A DNA stretch of 62,345 nucleotides, filler included, from 7 parts of 7 records of this genome joined end to end with filler, not necessarily neighbours in it; one strand, 5' to 3'. Positions 22,375 to 32,897 are shown, numbered from the whole stretch's first letter. Notes: a model not told the origin generated them from the sequence alone. Numbers and translations: made by a program.

Positions 22375-22761
22375 TTTATCATCTTTCCAATAAATATTAA
22401 CTTTTCTTTTGCCCCACTCCCTTGCTTTTTTAACATCTAATCCCATATAAATATCAATCTTTCTCTTCCACCGCTTATTCATTTTATCGAGAACAATATA
22501 TGTTTCCTTAAAGCCATCAATCCTCACCTCTTTATTATGGGATAAACCCATCTTTATAAGATCTCTTGAAACAGCAATAGCCCTCATGCCTGGTTCCAGA
22601 GTATCTCCCCACGCGGTTAAGAAGGGGTTAGAATCTGTTTCCCCTGGATTTGATGTATACGCAGTCGCCGTCACTTCAAGGGAAACGGCGTTTTTGTCTG
22701 CTTCACAACTTGCACAGAACAAAACGATAGAAAAAACTACAAAATATATTCCGACTTTCAT
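22369..22761 (-). CDS. 3D-domain (cell-wall associated) lipoprotein
   Basis: VTATAYTS, IAVSRDL, VLDKM and IDIYM three-Asp pattern; lipobox-like CASC. Confidence 0.85.
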   Translation of the reverse strand: MKVGIYFVVFSIVLFCASCEADKNAVSLEVTATAYTSNPGETDSNPFLTAWGDTLEPGMRAIAVSRDLIKMGLSHNKEVRIDGFKETYIVLDKMNKRWKRKIDIYMGLDVKKAREWGKRKVNIYWKDDKS

Positions 22762-22776
22762 TATACCCCCATGTTT

Positions 22777-22854
22777 TGCTAACGCCTAAATTACTGGTTC
22801 AAAAAGAGCTTGGCTGAGGCTCTTTTTGAATCCATGTGCATTTTATTATTATCT
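22777..22854 (-). mobile_element. Degenerate integron attC-like site
   Basis: Minus strand AGATAAT-AATA-AAATGCAC...TTCAAAAAGAGC/GCTCTTTTTGAA...GTAATTT-AGGC-GTTAGCA, co-oriented between two genes. Confidence 0.55.
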
Positions 22855-22871
22855 TATTTCAAGCACATAGC

Positions 22872-23804
22872 TCATTGTTTTTTGTTTTGTGTCTTTTTAA
22901 AGCGATAAAGCAAATTAGGCTCACTGACAATATAAAGATAGCCTTCACTGTCCATTGTAACACCTTCGGCTTGAGGGATTGAGTGATTTAAGTTATTAAA
23001 ACCATTTTCTAAATCCATATAGCTCACTTTATTACCTTGGAGATCTATTTCAGCCAATAATTTAGATTCATCACTAAGGAATAGTAAGTGATCTGTATTA
23101 GAGTCATAATGCAACCCTGACAAATCATCCATGTACAAATCATTTACTTTTATTTGATCATGATTTTGTATATTTATGCGATTATTATTTTCAATAAATC
23201 CAGTTATCTTTAAAAGCTGCATTGGATCTCGTTCACGAACTACAAAAATGGTATTTGTAACATAATCTATCGCAATACCTTCTAATCCGTTGTTGCTGTA
23301 TCCATGAAGGTTCAGAACTATCTGTTGCAAAGCATTCTTATCAAGTTGTTTTGTTTGACCACTAATTTTGGCAAGTGTTATAGTTTGGTCGCGCTCATCA
23401 GTTAAAAGATAATAGTCATTGCCAATATAGGCGATGGCTTCAGTATCTTTAAAATTTTTCAATTCGATACGTCGTAATAAGTTAAACTGCAAATTAATCT
23501 CAATCAGATAAGTTGGATTGTTTACAATTATCCATAATGTTTTCCTATCAAAATCATATGTAATCCCCGACGCATTGTCAGCAATACCTGGTATCTGCAG
23601 GTCAATAATATCGGCCTGATATTCTGGTAGCCATATTGAGTTATTCTTAGTCTCTTTGTTGATACTTGAATTATGAAAAAGATACCAAATCTTATCATCA
23701 AGATCAGTCAGAATTAGAGTAAGAATGGTTAGAGCAAGCAAAACGGCGCTAATGGATAACTTATTTAGCATAATGACACATATTTGTTTTAATATAGACA
23801 TCAA
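22872..23804 (-). CDS. SdiA-regulated domain (YjiK-like) beta-propeller protein
   Basis: N-terminal TM; NASGITY, DTEAIAY, NNGLEGIA, DLSGL, LSDES, PQAEGV and YIVSEPN motifs. Confidence 0.88.
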   Translation of the reverse strand: MMSILKQICVIMLNKLSISAVLLALTILTLILTDLDDKIWYLFHNSSINKETKNNSIWLPEYQADIIDLQIPGIADNASGITYDFDRKTLWIIVNNPTYLIEINLQFNLLRRIELKNFKDTEAIAYIGNDYYLLTDERDQTITLAKISGQTKQLDKNALQQIVLNLHGYSNNGLEGIAIDYVTNTIFVVRERDPMQLLKITGFIENNNRINIQNHDQIKVNDLYMDDLSGLHYDSNTDHLLFLSDESKLLAEIDLQGNKVSYMDLENGFNNLNHSIPQAEGVTMDSEGYLYIVSEPNLLYRFKKTQNKKQ

Positions 23805-24089
23805 AAGGATGTGTGGTTCTGTATATCTTTCAAAGTTTAATAGATTTACAGTCGAGGCATGGTCAAGTCATAATTTACTCTAACTGGATAACACCAATTT
23901 TTTAAGGTTATCCGAATTTGATATCATGCTTTAAGTCCCACCGGCATTAAATGAAAAATGTGCCCGGCTGGTGATTGACAGCGAAACACAGCCTAAAGAA
24001 TACCGGCCTACCGGAAATGGCTCGGGTACCATATTTTTATTCCCAGGATATGTTTACATAAGATTGCGTTGATTTCCCTGTAACGGATA

Positions 24090-25361
24090 TCAGCTTTGTT
24101 GACCTGCAGGCCGCCCAAACGCGGAGCCAACAAGATTCCGGTTCCTGGGACGATAGGTATTATCCGCTTTTTCCTTCTGGATGACCGTCTTTAACAGCTT
24201 GTACATTTTGATGTTCTGGGGTTCATCCTGGTAAAAGGAATCCCAGGCATATTGGAGCAGTCCCTGGAGGCGTTCCGGGGCCATATTTTTGGGCTGATAC
24301 ACCACCTTGTCCGCCGAATACTCATCCCAGTCATAGGATAGAATTCTATTCTGGCGGTTCAGCTCGTCCCATGCCCGGGTATGGGGGAAGGGCGTCAGAA
24401 CCGTAAATTCCGCCAGGTCCAGATCAATTTCCAAAAGAAAGTCAACCAGTCGTTTGATGGAGTCTTCGGTGTGGTGGTCAAGGCCCAGAAGGATGGTTCC
24501 CTCCACACCGATGCCGTGGTCATGGTACCGTTTGATCCTTTCCCGGATTAAATCCGAGGTGTCGAACACGGCCTGGTAAACATACCAGGCACCTGCCTGG
24601 GCTGCCAGGTCCAGCACCTTGGGGTCGTCTTCAATGGGGTGGCAGCACCATTTTTTCTTTAACGGGATCATTTCCCGGAAAAGGTCCAGTTCCCATTGCT
24701 TGTTCTGGGCCAGGGAGTTGTCCACGATAAAGAGGCGGTTGTTGTCAATACCGGCCAGCTCTTCAATGGTTTTGTCAATGGGTCTGGGCCTGAATTTGCG
24801 TCCCCCGAGGTAGGCCACGGCACAGGGGTAGCAGTTAAACCGGCATCCCCGGGAGGCATGGACCAGATCCACCATCTGTACCCCTTTGTAGTTGTACAGG
24901 TCCCGGTCAAGAATATCCCGTCTGGCCGGCCCCACCATCTCAATGGGCGGCTGTGATGACAGATAATCGTACACCGGGGCCAGGCGGTTTTTTGTAAGGT
25001 CGTCAAAGAGCTTTTCCATACGGCCTTCAGCCTCGCCAAGAAATACGGCATCCACCTGGCCTGTCATCTGTTCTGCATGGAGCATGGTGGCAATGCCCCC
25101 GGCAATGACCGGAATACCTTTGGCCCTGAACTTTTTTGCAATGGCAATGCCGCGGTTGACCTGGATGGTCAGCATCATGGAGAGCGCAACCACGTCCACC
25201 TGTTCGTCATAGTCAATGGTCTGGACATTCTCATCGATAAATTCGACATCAATATAATCGGGCAGGGCTGCTGCAAATACAACAGGTCCATGGGGGGGCA
25301 GATGAAATTCGGTCTGCCGGTCAAGTTTTGTCCATTTGGGATAAATCAGTTTCAGCTTCAT
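24090..25361 (-). CDS. Cobalamin-dependent radical SAM protein
   Basis: N-terminal B12-binding domain (GGIATM, GEAE); SRGCRFNCYPC CxxxCxxC motif; LTPFPHT. Confidence 0.9.
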   Translation of the reverse strand: MKLKLIYPKWTKLDRQTEFHLPPHGPVVFAAALPDYIDVEFIDENVQTIDYDEQVDVVALSMMLTIQVNRGIAIAKKFRAKGIPVIAGGIATMLHAEQMTGQVDAVFLGEAEGRMEKLFDDLTKNRLAPVYDYLSSQPPIEMVGPARRDILDRDLYNYKGVQMVDLVHASRGCRFNCYPCAVAYLGGRKFRPRPIDKTIEELAGIDNNRLFIVDNSLAQNKQWELDLFREMIPLKKKWCCHPIEDDPKVLDLAAQAGAWYVYQAVFDTSDLIRERIKRYHDHGIGVEGTILLGLDHHTEDSIKRLVDFLLEIDLDLAEFTVLTPFPHTRAWDELNRQNRILSYDWDEYSADKVVYQPKNMAPERLQGLLQYAWDSFYQDEPQNIKMYKLLKTVIQKEKADNTYRPRNRNLVGSAFGRPAGQQS

Positions 25362-26089
25362 TTATTGTCACCGCAGGGGTTGGTGTCGGAAATTAAATTT
25401 GCGTCTGTCAGGGTCATGGTTAAAGTGTATCGTGATGGAAATGCCGCCGTCAAGGTTATAGACTTTGGAAAAACAACGCGCCGGTTGTTTGTTGCAGTCC
25501 GGGGTTGGGAAAATAGATACTTAACACTGCGTTTGAGCCGATGGTTGTGGGTTCTTAAGTTCTGGGTCCAAACCGTCCTGTCCGGGGAGATGGTAATATC
25601 TATTGTTTTACCGTCAGCTTCTGAAAACCTTAAAATTTTATCTTTATTTTCAAGCTTTCCCCAGGCGTCAAGTCTGCCCCGGGGTCTGAAAAAAATAAGC
25701 TCAATGTCCGATACCAGACCCCGGGCAAGAGCCTGGCTGTCAAAGGGGGGAACGGCCCGGTGAATTGTGAACGCTTTGCGGGTGTGGTCCGCTTCAAAAA
25801 GAACCAGTCCCTCCAGGGTCATAATTACGCAATGGATGGCCCGGTGCCGGGGATGGATATTTACAACGCCCATGAGCATGGCCGAGTGGCTGCCCGGCAT
25901 GGTTAACTCTATGGCGTGGACAAACTGGAACGGATCGGTGGGGAACAGGTCGTTCAATTCGTGGGAAAGGTTTTGTTCATCCGGGGTAGGGGAATGGTCC
26001 AGGGGGATAATAGGCGGTAGACCCTTGCACCCTGCGCCAATTAAAAAAATAAATGCAAAGAGATATTCCAACGCTGTTTTCCGTCTCAT
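25358..26089 (-). CDS. Lipoprotein, DUF3261-like
   Basis: Lipobox GAGC; GLVLFEA, AVPPF and DIELIF resemble lipid-cluster DUF3261 proteins; 4-nt overlaps on both sides. Confidence 0.55.
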   Translation of the reverse strand: MRRKTALEYLFAFIFLIGAGCKGLPPIIPLDHSPTPDEQNLSHELNDLFPTDPFQFVHAIELTMPGSHSAMLMGVVNIHPRHRAIHCVIMTLEGLVLFEADHTRKAFTIHRAVPPFDSQALARGLVSDIELIFFRPRGRLDAWGKLENKDKILRFSEADGKTIDITISPDRTVWTQNLRTHNHRLKRSVKYLFSQPRTATNNRRVVFPKSITLTAAFPSRYTLTMTLTDANLISDTNPCGDNK

Positions 26090-26718
26090 TTCGGGGCTGC
26101 AAACACGTCAGGGTTAATGTTTTCATTGAGTTGCACCGTATCAAATCGAAGACGGGTGTAAGAATCTTGGCTTTCGCGGATAATGACTTCTTTAAAAACG
26201 CCCGGCTGTTCGGACAGCACCAAAGTGATGTCCTGGATAAAACTGGTCATGGCTTTGTCCTTTGGCACCAGGATGATTCTGCCGGGTTCCGGCGTCTTCT
26301 CAATGGTCGCATTGAAAACGCTGGTGTTGAAATCGCCTTTCAACCACTGGCTGATTTCATCCATGACAACCGTCATGGCGCCCATGGCCGCCGCATTGTC
26401 CCGGACAAAGGTGTTCTCCTTGTGTATATAGCGCGAAACGCGTTTTCCCTGCATGATGAGGATATTTTTAATGGGTTCCCGGTATTCAAACCTTAATGCG
26501 TCCGGGCTTTGAAAACGGATAATCCCTTTAGAGACCAGGGGTTTTACCAGGATTTTCATATGCTTTTCCTGGATAAAATCGGCACTGATTGACCGGATGC
26601 TGCCGGCCGTGGCCTGGATATCCGCCAGGGATGTTGCGTTTGCGCCGACTGAAACCATGACCGCCATCAGGACCGTGGTAGCCATCCCCAGGAAAATTTT
26701 TTTTTTTGCCATAAGCAT
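26086..26718 (-). CDS. LolA-like outer-membrane lipoprotein carrier
   Basis: Signal peptide; ADFIQEKH, PLVSKG, LRFEYREP and DSYTRLRF motifs. Confidence 0.85.
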   Translation of the reverse strand: MLMAKKKIFLGMATTVLMAVMVSVGANATSLADIQATAGSIRSISADFIQEKHMKILVKPLVSKGIIRFQSPDALRFEYREPIKNILIMQGKRVSRYIHKENTFVRDNAAAMGAMTVVMDEISQWLKGDFNTSVFNATIEKTPEPGRIILVPKDKAMTSFIQDITLVLSEQPGVFKEVIIRESQDSYTRLRFDTVQLNENINPDVFAAPK

Positions 26719-27306
26719 TAGAACATGCCGCCGTTGACGGAGATCACCTGGCCGGTGATGTAGGATGCGTCATCTGAACACAGAAATTTTACCACCCCTG
26801 CCACCTCTTCGGGCCGGCCCACCCGGGCCATGGGAATCATGGTTTTGACATTGGTCATGGGCAAATCCTTGGTCATATCGGTTTCAATGAGCCCTGGTGC
26901 CACAACATTGATTCGGATGCCAAGTCGTGCCACTTCGGATGCAATGCTGCGGCTGGCACCGATGAGTCCTGCCTTGGCGGCACTGTAATTGGCTTGTCCC
27001 CGGTTGCCTGTCAGGCCGGACAACGATGCAATGGAGACAACAGCCCCTCGCTTCTGGCGAACCATTCGTTTCAGGATCGGTTTTGTCATATTGTAAAAGC
27101 CGTCAAGGCTGGTTCGGATCACCTTGTCCCAGCTCTCTTCTTTCATCATGATGAACAGACCGTCATCAACAATTCCTGCATTGTTTACCAGTACATCAAT
27201 GGTTTCGCACCGGCCCACGATATTGTCAATTGCGGCTTTGGATTGTTCCCTGTGCGCCACATCGAACTGCATGATCTCCCCTTGGGAACCGGCGGCCTGG
27301 ACCTGT
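26718..27306 (-). CDS. fabG: 3-oxoacyl-ACP reductase, 5'-truncated
   Basis: [25 protein letters not shown] and [13 protein letters not shown] (cluster-type FabG ending) motifs. Confidence 0.9.
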
Positions 27307-27406
27307 NNNNNNNNNNNNNNNNNNNNNNNNNNNNNNNNNNNNNNNNNNNNTTAATTAATTAANNNNNNNNNNNNNNNNNNNNNNNNNNNNNNNNNNNNNN
27401 NNNNNN
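27307..27406. other. Artificial contig spacer
   Basis: N-run with linker. Confidence 0.99.
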
Positions 27407-27440
27407 TTTAAGCCCTCGGAGAGCCGCCGGAGGCATTACT

Positions 27441-28040
27441 ATGACATACTTCTCAGAAGACCGGATCAAACAAACCATTGAATTTCACGGCCACCAGTGC
27501 CCCGGACTTGCTATCGGCATCCGAGCGGCAGAGCTTTGCTTGCGCGAACTGGGCCATCATGACGACTCCCCCATCGTCGCTATCTGCGAAACCGACATGT
27601 GCGGAGTGGATGCCATCCAATTCCTGACCGGATGTTCCGTGGGCAAAGGAAACCTAATCCTCAAGGATCACGGTAAGATGGCTTTTACTTTTTACCGTCG
27701 GGAAGACGGAAAAGGAATACGAGCCCTACTCAACCCGGATTATATCGGAGAACTGCGCTCTAAAATGGGACGACTCATGGCTATAGACAACCCTACTCGC
27801 GCAGAAAAAGAGCAATGCACGCAAGTCCGTGCGGAATGCGAAAAACAATACTACGAAGCAGATCTTGCGGACATGTTCATCAAACAGGAACCGCATTTAA
27901 AAATGCCTCGTCCGGCTGCCATACTGCAATCACTTGTCTGTGAGGATTGCGGTGAAACGCACATGGAATCCCGCTCTCGAAGATTTGCAGGACACACACT
28001 TTGTCTGACTTGTTTTGATAAGGTTGAACAAAAAATGTAA
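27441..28040 (+). CDS. FmdE-family protein with C-terminal zinc finger
   Basis: FHGHQCPG, CGVDAIQ, GCSVGKGNL and CEDCGE...CLTC motifs. Confidence 0.9.
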   Translation: MTYFSEDRIKQTIEFHGHQCPGLAIGIRAAELCLRELGHHDDSPIVAICETDMCGVDAIQFLTGCSVGKGNLILKDHGKMAFTFYRREDGKGIRALLNPDYIGELRSKMGRLMAIDNPTRAEKEQCTQVRAECEKQYYEADLADMFIKQEPHLKMPRPAAILQSLVCEDCGETHMESRSRRFAGHTLCLTCFDKVEQKM

Positions 28041-28045
28041 AAAAA

Positions 28046-28073
28046 CGGGCTTCTGTCATAAGACAAAGGCCCG
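28046..28073. terminator. Bidirectional terminator hairpin
   Basis: CGGGCTTCTGTC-ataa-GACAAAGGCCCG between convergent genes, with A/T flanks. Confidence 0.7.
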
Positions 28074-28101
28074 CTTTATTTTTTACTTCTAATCCTGATC
28101 T

Positions 28102-31100
28102 TTAAGCCGGATTCTTAACCTTGTAGAACATGGTGTAAAGCACCGGAACAACCAACAGAGTCAGGACGGTGGCAAAAGCCAGTCCAGCCATGATAGTTAC
28201 TGCCATGGCTGAAAAAAAGGCATCAGTCACCAATGGGAGCATACCGAGAATGGTGGTTCCGGCTGCCATGGCTACCGGACGGATACGGCTCAGGGCCGAA
28301 TCCACAACTGCACGATACGGCTCCTTGCCCTCTGCAAGCTCTATGTTGATCTGATCCAGCAACACAATGGCATTCTTGATCAGCATACCTGAGAGAGAGA
28401 GAAATCCCAACAGAGCCATGAACCCAAAAGGTTCCCCGGTCAAAAGTAAACCACAGGTCACACCGATGATGGACAAGGGTACGGTCAACCAGATAATGGT
28501 CGGGATTCGCAGATTGTTAAAGAGCATCACAGTAGCAAGGATCATAATCAGAAATGGACCGCCGAGGCTGGCGGCAAGACTGGTCTGAGCATCAGAAGCA
28601 TCTTCAAATTCTCCGCCCCATTCCATGGTGTAGCCTGCTGGTATTTTCATACCTTCAATCTGCGGGCGCAGCTCATTAAGGAGCACGGACGGAAGTCCTT
28701 TAATCGGTTCGCAGGAAGCGGTGATGGTCAGCATACGGTTACGGGTACGCAACTTGCCCGGTTCGATGTTGGTTTCAAATCCTGAAACCACCTCTTCCAC
28801 CGGGATCATACGTCCGGCAACAGGACTGAATATCTGCACGTCACCGATCTGGTTTACGTCCAGCCTTTCATTGTCCGGGGGGCGGGCCACAATGGGCAGA
28901 AGCTTATCTCCCTCGCGGTAAACCCCAATATTGGTTCCACTGAAGAACATCTGCATGGCCTTGGCAAGATCAGGACGGGTAATACCCGCTCTCTTTGCCT
29001 GTGCTTCCATGATCACCGGACTTAAGACTTTTACATCCTGCCGCCAATCATCACGAACGGACTCCGCATGGCCGGTAGCGAGCATAATATCCTGCGCTTC
29101 ACGGGATAGTTGGCGCAAGGCCTTAGTATCAGGCCCGCTGAACCGCACTTCAATGGAGGCAGCCCGTCCGGGGCCGAGCTTGAATTTTTTAACCTTGGCT
29201 TCAGCCTGCGGATAATTCTCGTACAGATACTTTTTATAGCGGGCCATTACTTCGCCGGTTTTTTCATAATCCTTCACTTCCACCAGCAGCAGTCCGTATG
29301 ATTCCGCAGTTTTCTCAGGTGAATAGGTCAGGATGAAACGCGGCGCGCCCTGTCCGGTAAAAGTAGATACATTCTTAACTTGCTCATCTTTAAGGATCAC
29401 CTCGGCCAGTTCCTGCACATCTTCAGCAGTAGCCCGGATGTCAGTTCCCTGCGGCAACCAGTAATGGATGTAAAAGCGAGGCTGGGTGGAATCCGGAAAG
29501 AAACTCTGCTTAACGAACCCGAATCCATATATCGACCCAACCAGCATGACCACCAGAGTTGCCATGGTCAGCACCCTGTGGCGTAAGCAAAATTCGAGGA
29601 TACTGCGGTACATGCGAAAGATGAATCCACCATAAGGGTCACCACCGTCAGTGATCTTGGGGCGCAAGAACATTTCGCAAAGCAGCGGAGTCACGGTCAC
29701 AGCAGTAATCCAACTCATCATCAAGGAGATAAAGAGAACAATAAACAGCGAGCGGCAGAATTCGCCAACACTGTCCGGACTTAAACCGATTCCGGCAAAA
29801 GCCATGATGGCGATGATTGTACCGCCCAGAAGAGGCCATTTGCTCTGTTCCACAACGTCCACCGCAGCCTGTATGCGGTCCATTCCCTTCTGGTAACGGA
29901 TCAGCACCCCTTCGATGACCACAATAGCGTTATCCACCAGCATACCGAGAGCGATAATCAACGCCCCGAGCGAGATACGCTCCAGTGCGACACCGGCCAT
30001 CTGGATAAAAATGAATGAACCGCAAATGGTAATCAGCAGAATGGCCCCGATGAGCAGACCGGACTGCATGCCCATGAAAAGCAGCAATACGATGATTACG
30101 ATTGCTACAGCCTCAGCAAGGTTGATGACAAAGGAGTTGACCGCGTTATCGACTCTGCTGGGCTGGAAGTAAACTTCCTCAACATTGATGCCCACCGGAG
30201 TCTGGGCCTTCAATTGCTGTAATTTTCCATTGATCGCCTGCCCCAGCTCAACCACGTTGGCAGAGGGATTCATGGATATACCGATGGCTATGGCATTGTA
30301 GCCGTTAAAACCCATAATCTGAGAAGGCGGGCTCTGGTAGCCACGATGAATCTCAGCCACATCACGCAGTGGCACAAGTCTGCCGGAACCGTCACGGATG
30401 AACAGATCGCCAAGATCCTCAACAGACTCCACCCCTCCTGAAGGGGCTATCTCAATATATTCCCGGCCGACTTTGACATTACCGGACTTCACAACAAGGT
30501 TGCGGTTGGAAAGGGTATCGTAGACCGAGTCAAGAGAGACGCCCAACTGGGACATTCTTGCCCGCGATATTTCAACAAATACCGTCTCCTGCTGTTCCCC
30601 CCAGACGGTAATCTTCGCAACATTTTCCACCAGCAAAAGCTGCTTACGCAGAAAAGTCACGTAATCCTGCAGATCCTGCTGTGAATAGCCGTCCCCGGTT
30701 ACCGAGAGCAGGATGCCGTATACATCGCTGAAATCATCGATAACAAGGGAAGGCCCTGCCCCGGGGGGGAGTGAGGACTGGGCGTCACCGACTTTGCGGC
30801 GAAGTTCATCCCAGACCTGGGGCAGGGTGTCCTTGTCATATTGGTCCTGCACTTCCACGGTGACAATTGACTGTCCACGATTGGAAATGGAGGTTACCTT
30901 TTCAAGTTGTTTAAGCTGTTGTGCGGCCCCTTCAATCACGTCCGTAACTTCGTCTGCCACTTCCGCAGGGGTTGCACCGGGATAGTTGGTAACAACCAAC
31001 GCTTCCTTAATAGTGAATTCAGGATCCTCAAGACGGGGCATATCCAGAAAGGCCTTAATCCCACCGAGGAAGAAAACAATTGTCAGGACCAATGAAACGG

Positions 31101-31134
31101 TTTTCTTTTCAATGGTCAGCCGTGCAAGACTCAT
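28102..31134 (-). CDS. RND efflux transporter permease (AcrB/D/F family)
   Basis: 1010 aa; EDPEF, YPGA, ALGMLVDNAIVV, GMLIKNAIVL and RIRPV motifs. Confidence 0.95.
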   Translation of the reverse strand: MSLARLTIEKKTVSLVLTIVFFLGGIKAFLDMPRLEDPEFTIKEALVVTNYPGATPAEVADEVTDVIEGAAQQLKQLEKVTSISNRGQSIVTVEVQDQYDKDTLPQVWDELRRKVGDAQSSLPPGAGPSLVIDDFSDVYGILLSVTGDGYSQQDLQDYVTFLRKQLLLVENVAKITVWGEQQETVFVEISRARMSQLGVSLDSVYDTLSNRNLVVKSGNVKVGREYIEIAPSGGVESVEDLGDLFIRDGSGRLVPLRDVAEIHRGYQSPPSQIMGFNGYNAIAIGISMNPSANVVELGQAINGKLQQLKAQTPVGINVEEVYFQPSRVDNAVNSFVINLAEAVAIVIIVLLLFMGMQSGLLIGAILLITICGSFIFIQMAGVALERISLGALIIALGMLVDNAIVVIEGVLIRYQKGMDRIQAAVDVVEQSKWPLLGGTIIAIMAFAGIGLSPDSVGEFCRSLFIVLFISLMMSWITAVTVTPLLCEMFLRPKITDGGDPYGGFIFRMYRSILEFCLRHRVLTMATLVVMLVGSIYGFGFVKQSFFPDSTQPRFYIHYWLPQGTDIRATAEDVQELAEVILKDEQVKNVSTFTGQGAPRFILTYSPEKTAESYGLLLVEVKDYEKTGEVMARYKKYLYENYPQAEAKVKKFKLGPGRAASIEVRFSGPDTKALRQLSREAQDIMLATGHAESVRDDWRQDVKVLSPVIMEAQAKRAGITRPDLAKAMQMFFSGTNIGVYREGDKLLPIVARPPDNERLDVNQIGDVQIFSPVAGRMIPVEEVVSGFETNIEPGKLRTRNRMLTITASCEPIKGLPSVLLNELRPQIEGMKIPAGYTMEWGGEFEDASDAQTSLAASLGGPFLIMILATVMLFNNLRIPTIIWLTVPLSIIGVTCGLLLTGEPFGFMALLGFLSLSGMLIKNAIVLLDQINIELAEGKEPYRAVVDSALSRIRPVAMAAGTTILGMLPLVTDAFFSAMAVTIMAGLAFATVLTLLVVPVLYTMFYKVKNPA

Positions 31135-32237
31135 CCGCGGCCCCCGATTCTACCCTTGAGAATTTTTACTTCCTGTCCGTCACGCAAATAATGTGCTCCG
31201 GAGACCACCACCTGTTCACCGGTGTTGATGCCCTCATGAATTTCAAAGTTGTCGTTAACGATCCGGCCCACCTCAACGTTACGCTTATTCACTACACCTT
31301 TCTCATATACCCAGACATATTTATTCTGATCCGGATAACCGACCACTGCTGAGATAGGAACAGAGACAGAACTTACATTTTTATTTTCCGGCATGCTGGC
31401 CACAACCTCGGCAGTCATTCCCGGATGAATGGAAAAACCGTCAGGATTCTCCATTTTAAGCGTTACTTCATATGTCTGGGTCTCAGCATTGGCCTTAGTC
31501 TGGAATTCCTTGATACCCAATTTGAAATCACGTTCGGGATATGTCTCGAATTTTGCAACACCCTTAAAGTCATGGCTGTTCTTATTAATAAATCCACGAA
31601 CCCAGATATTTTCCGGCACATCCACAACCACATCAAGAGAGGAGGTATCCTCAAGCTGAACAATGGGTTCTTTGGCCTGAACAAACTCATGGTTCTCTAC
31701 AGACTTAACAGCAATGGTCCCGCTGAACGGAGCCACCAGACGGGTGTACTGTAAATTGAGCTTGGAACGTCGTAGCTCCTGTATCAAAGAATTTACCGTA
31801 GCTCTGCTACTCTCAAAAGTACTCTGAGCTGAATCAAAAGCAGACTGAGCAACAGTGTCGGACTCGAGCAGCTTGGCGTTGCGGTCATAATTCAATCTGG
31901 CTTCTTTCATAACTGACCGGGCACCAATAAGTTTGGCTTCAAGATCGGCAACTGCGGCCTGAAAATCACGCTGGTCCAACTCGGCAATGATCTGTCCTTT
32001 TTTGACGTAGTCGCCTTCCTTCACAACAAAGCGTTCAATCTGCCCGGGAACACGAAAAGCTAATGTTGCTTCACGCGTAGCCTTGACCTTACCGGGAAAT
32101 TTCCGCAGCTCAGGTGCGTTGCCGTCTGTAATCTTCATAACCCTTACCGGACGCACAGGCTGTTCCACATGAACTTCTTCCTTGCATCCCGGTAAAAGCA
32201 TCATTGCCATTATCAAAAAAAACATTTTGTTTCGCAT
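31131..32237 (-). CDS. RND periplasmic adaptor (MFP) lipoprotein
   Basis: LPGC lipobox; LAFRVPG, LVAPFSG and PGMTA motifs. Confidence 0.93.
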   Translation of the reverse strand: MRNKMFFLIMAMMLLPGCKEEVHVEQPVRPVRVMKITDGNAPELRKFPGKVKATREATLAFRVPGQIERFVVKEGDYVKKGQIIAELDQRDFQAAVADLEAKLIGARSVMKEARLNYDRNAKLLESDTVAQSAFDSAQSTFESSRATVNSLIQELRRSKLNLQYTRLVAPFSGTIAVKSVENHEFVQAKEPIVQLEDTSSLDVVVDVPENIWVRGFINKNSHDFKGVAKFETYPERDFKLGIKEFQTKANAETQTYEVTLKMENPDGFSIHPGMTAEVVASMPENKNVSSVSVPISAVVGYPDQNKYVWVYEKGVVNKRNVEVGRIVNDNFEIHEGINTGEQVVVSGAHYLRDGQEVKILKGRIGGRG

Positions 32238-32268
32238 GGTTCTCCCCCCACTGCATTTACTTTTATCC

Positions 32269-32290
32269 ACTAATCAATCAGTTGATTAGT
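32269..32290. promoter_or_regulatory. Palindromic operator upstream of the MFP gene
   Basis: ACTAATCAA-TCAG-TTGATTAGT perfect inverted repeat containing AATC-N4-GATTA. Confidence 0.65.
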
Positions 32291-32306
32291 TGTAGGTTAA
32301 AAAAAA

Positions 32307-32888
32307 TTATGACCAGAGCGCAGGGCTACCAGACTTCAACAAAGTCGTCACAACTTCCCTGTAAGCATCAATTTTCGTATCATCATCGATGTAATGCCCA
32401 CCACCAAGCAGATAGTCTGAAAAAATGGTCCCCAATACCGCTGTGAAGGTTATATCTTTAACATCTTCAGAACGATTTGGACTAACCCCGGTACGAGACA
32501 AGAATTCACTGAACAAATTCCACCCTGAATTATATAAACTCTTCCGTAAATCCTCTAATTCAGCGCTGTCGTGGTTAAGCTCACGTAATCCGACAAGATA
32601 AACATGACGATTCTGCCGTGCATCAGCAAGAAGTGCGGCTACATTTAACTCTACAAGTTCATAATGATCTGAAGCTTCAGACATGGACTCTTTAATTACG
32701 AACATCATCCGTTCCATGAAGCTGGTAAAAATCTCACGTAACAACCCGGACTTACCACCGAAGTAGTAAGATATCATGGCGCTGTTCACGTCAGCTTCCC
32801 GGGCAATATCCCTGATTCCAACTGAGTTGTAGGAACGTTCGGCAAAGAGCTTGGCCCCGGCATGGAAAATCTTTTCGCGTTTTGTCAT
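32307..32888 (-). CDS. TetR/AcrR-family regulator
   Basis: HTH VGIRDIAREADVNSAMISYYFGGK. Confidence 0.93.
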   Translation of the reverse strand: MTKREKIFHAGAKLFAERSYNSVGIRDIAREADVNSAMISYYFGGKSGLLREIFTSFMERMMFVIKESMSEASDHYELVELNVAALLADARQNRHVYLVGLRELNHDSAELEDLRKSLYNSGWNLFSEFLSRTGVSPNRSEDVKDITFTAVLGTIFSDYLLGGGHYIDDDTKIDAYREVVTTLLKSGSPALWS

Positions 32889-32897
32889 GAGGCTCAA

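Noticed and set aside
23860-23913. GGATAAC...GTTATCC inverted repeat as an IS end or operator
   Set aside because: Short, no transposase and no second copy.
27407-27435. GCCGCCGGAGGCA at contig start as a riboswitch tail or REP-like repeat end
   Set aside because: Truncated, single copy here and too short to call.
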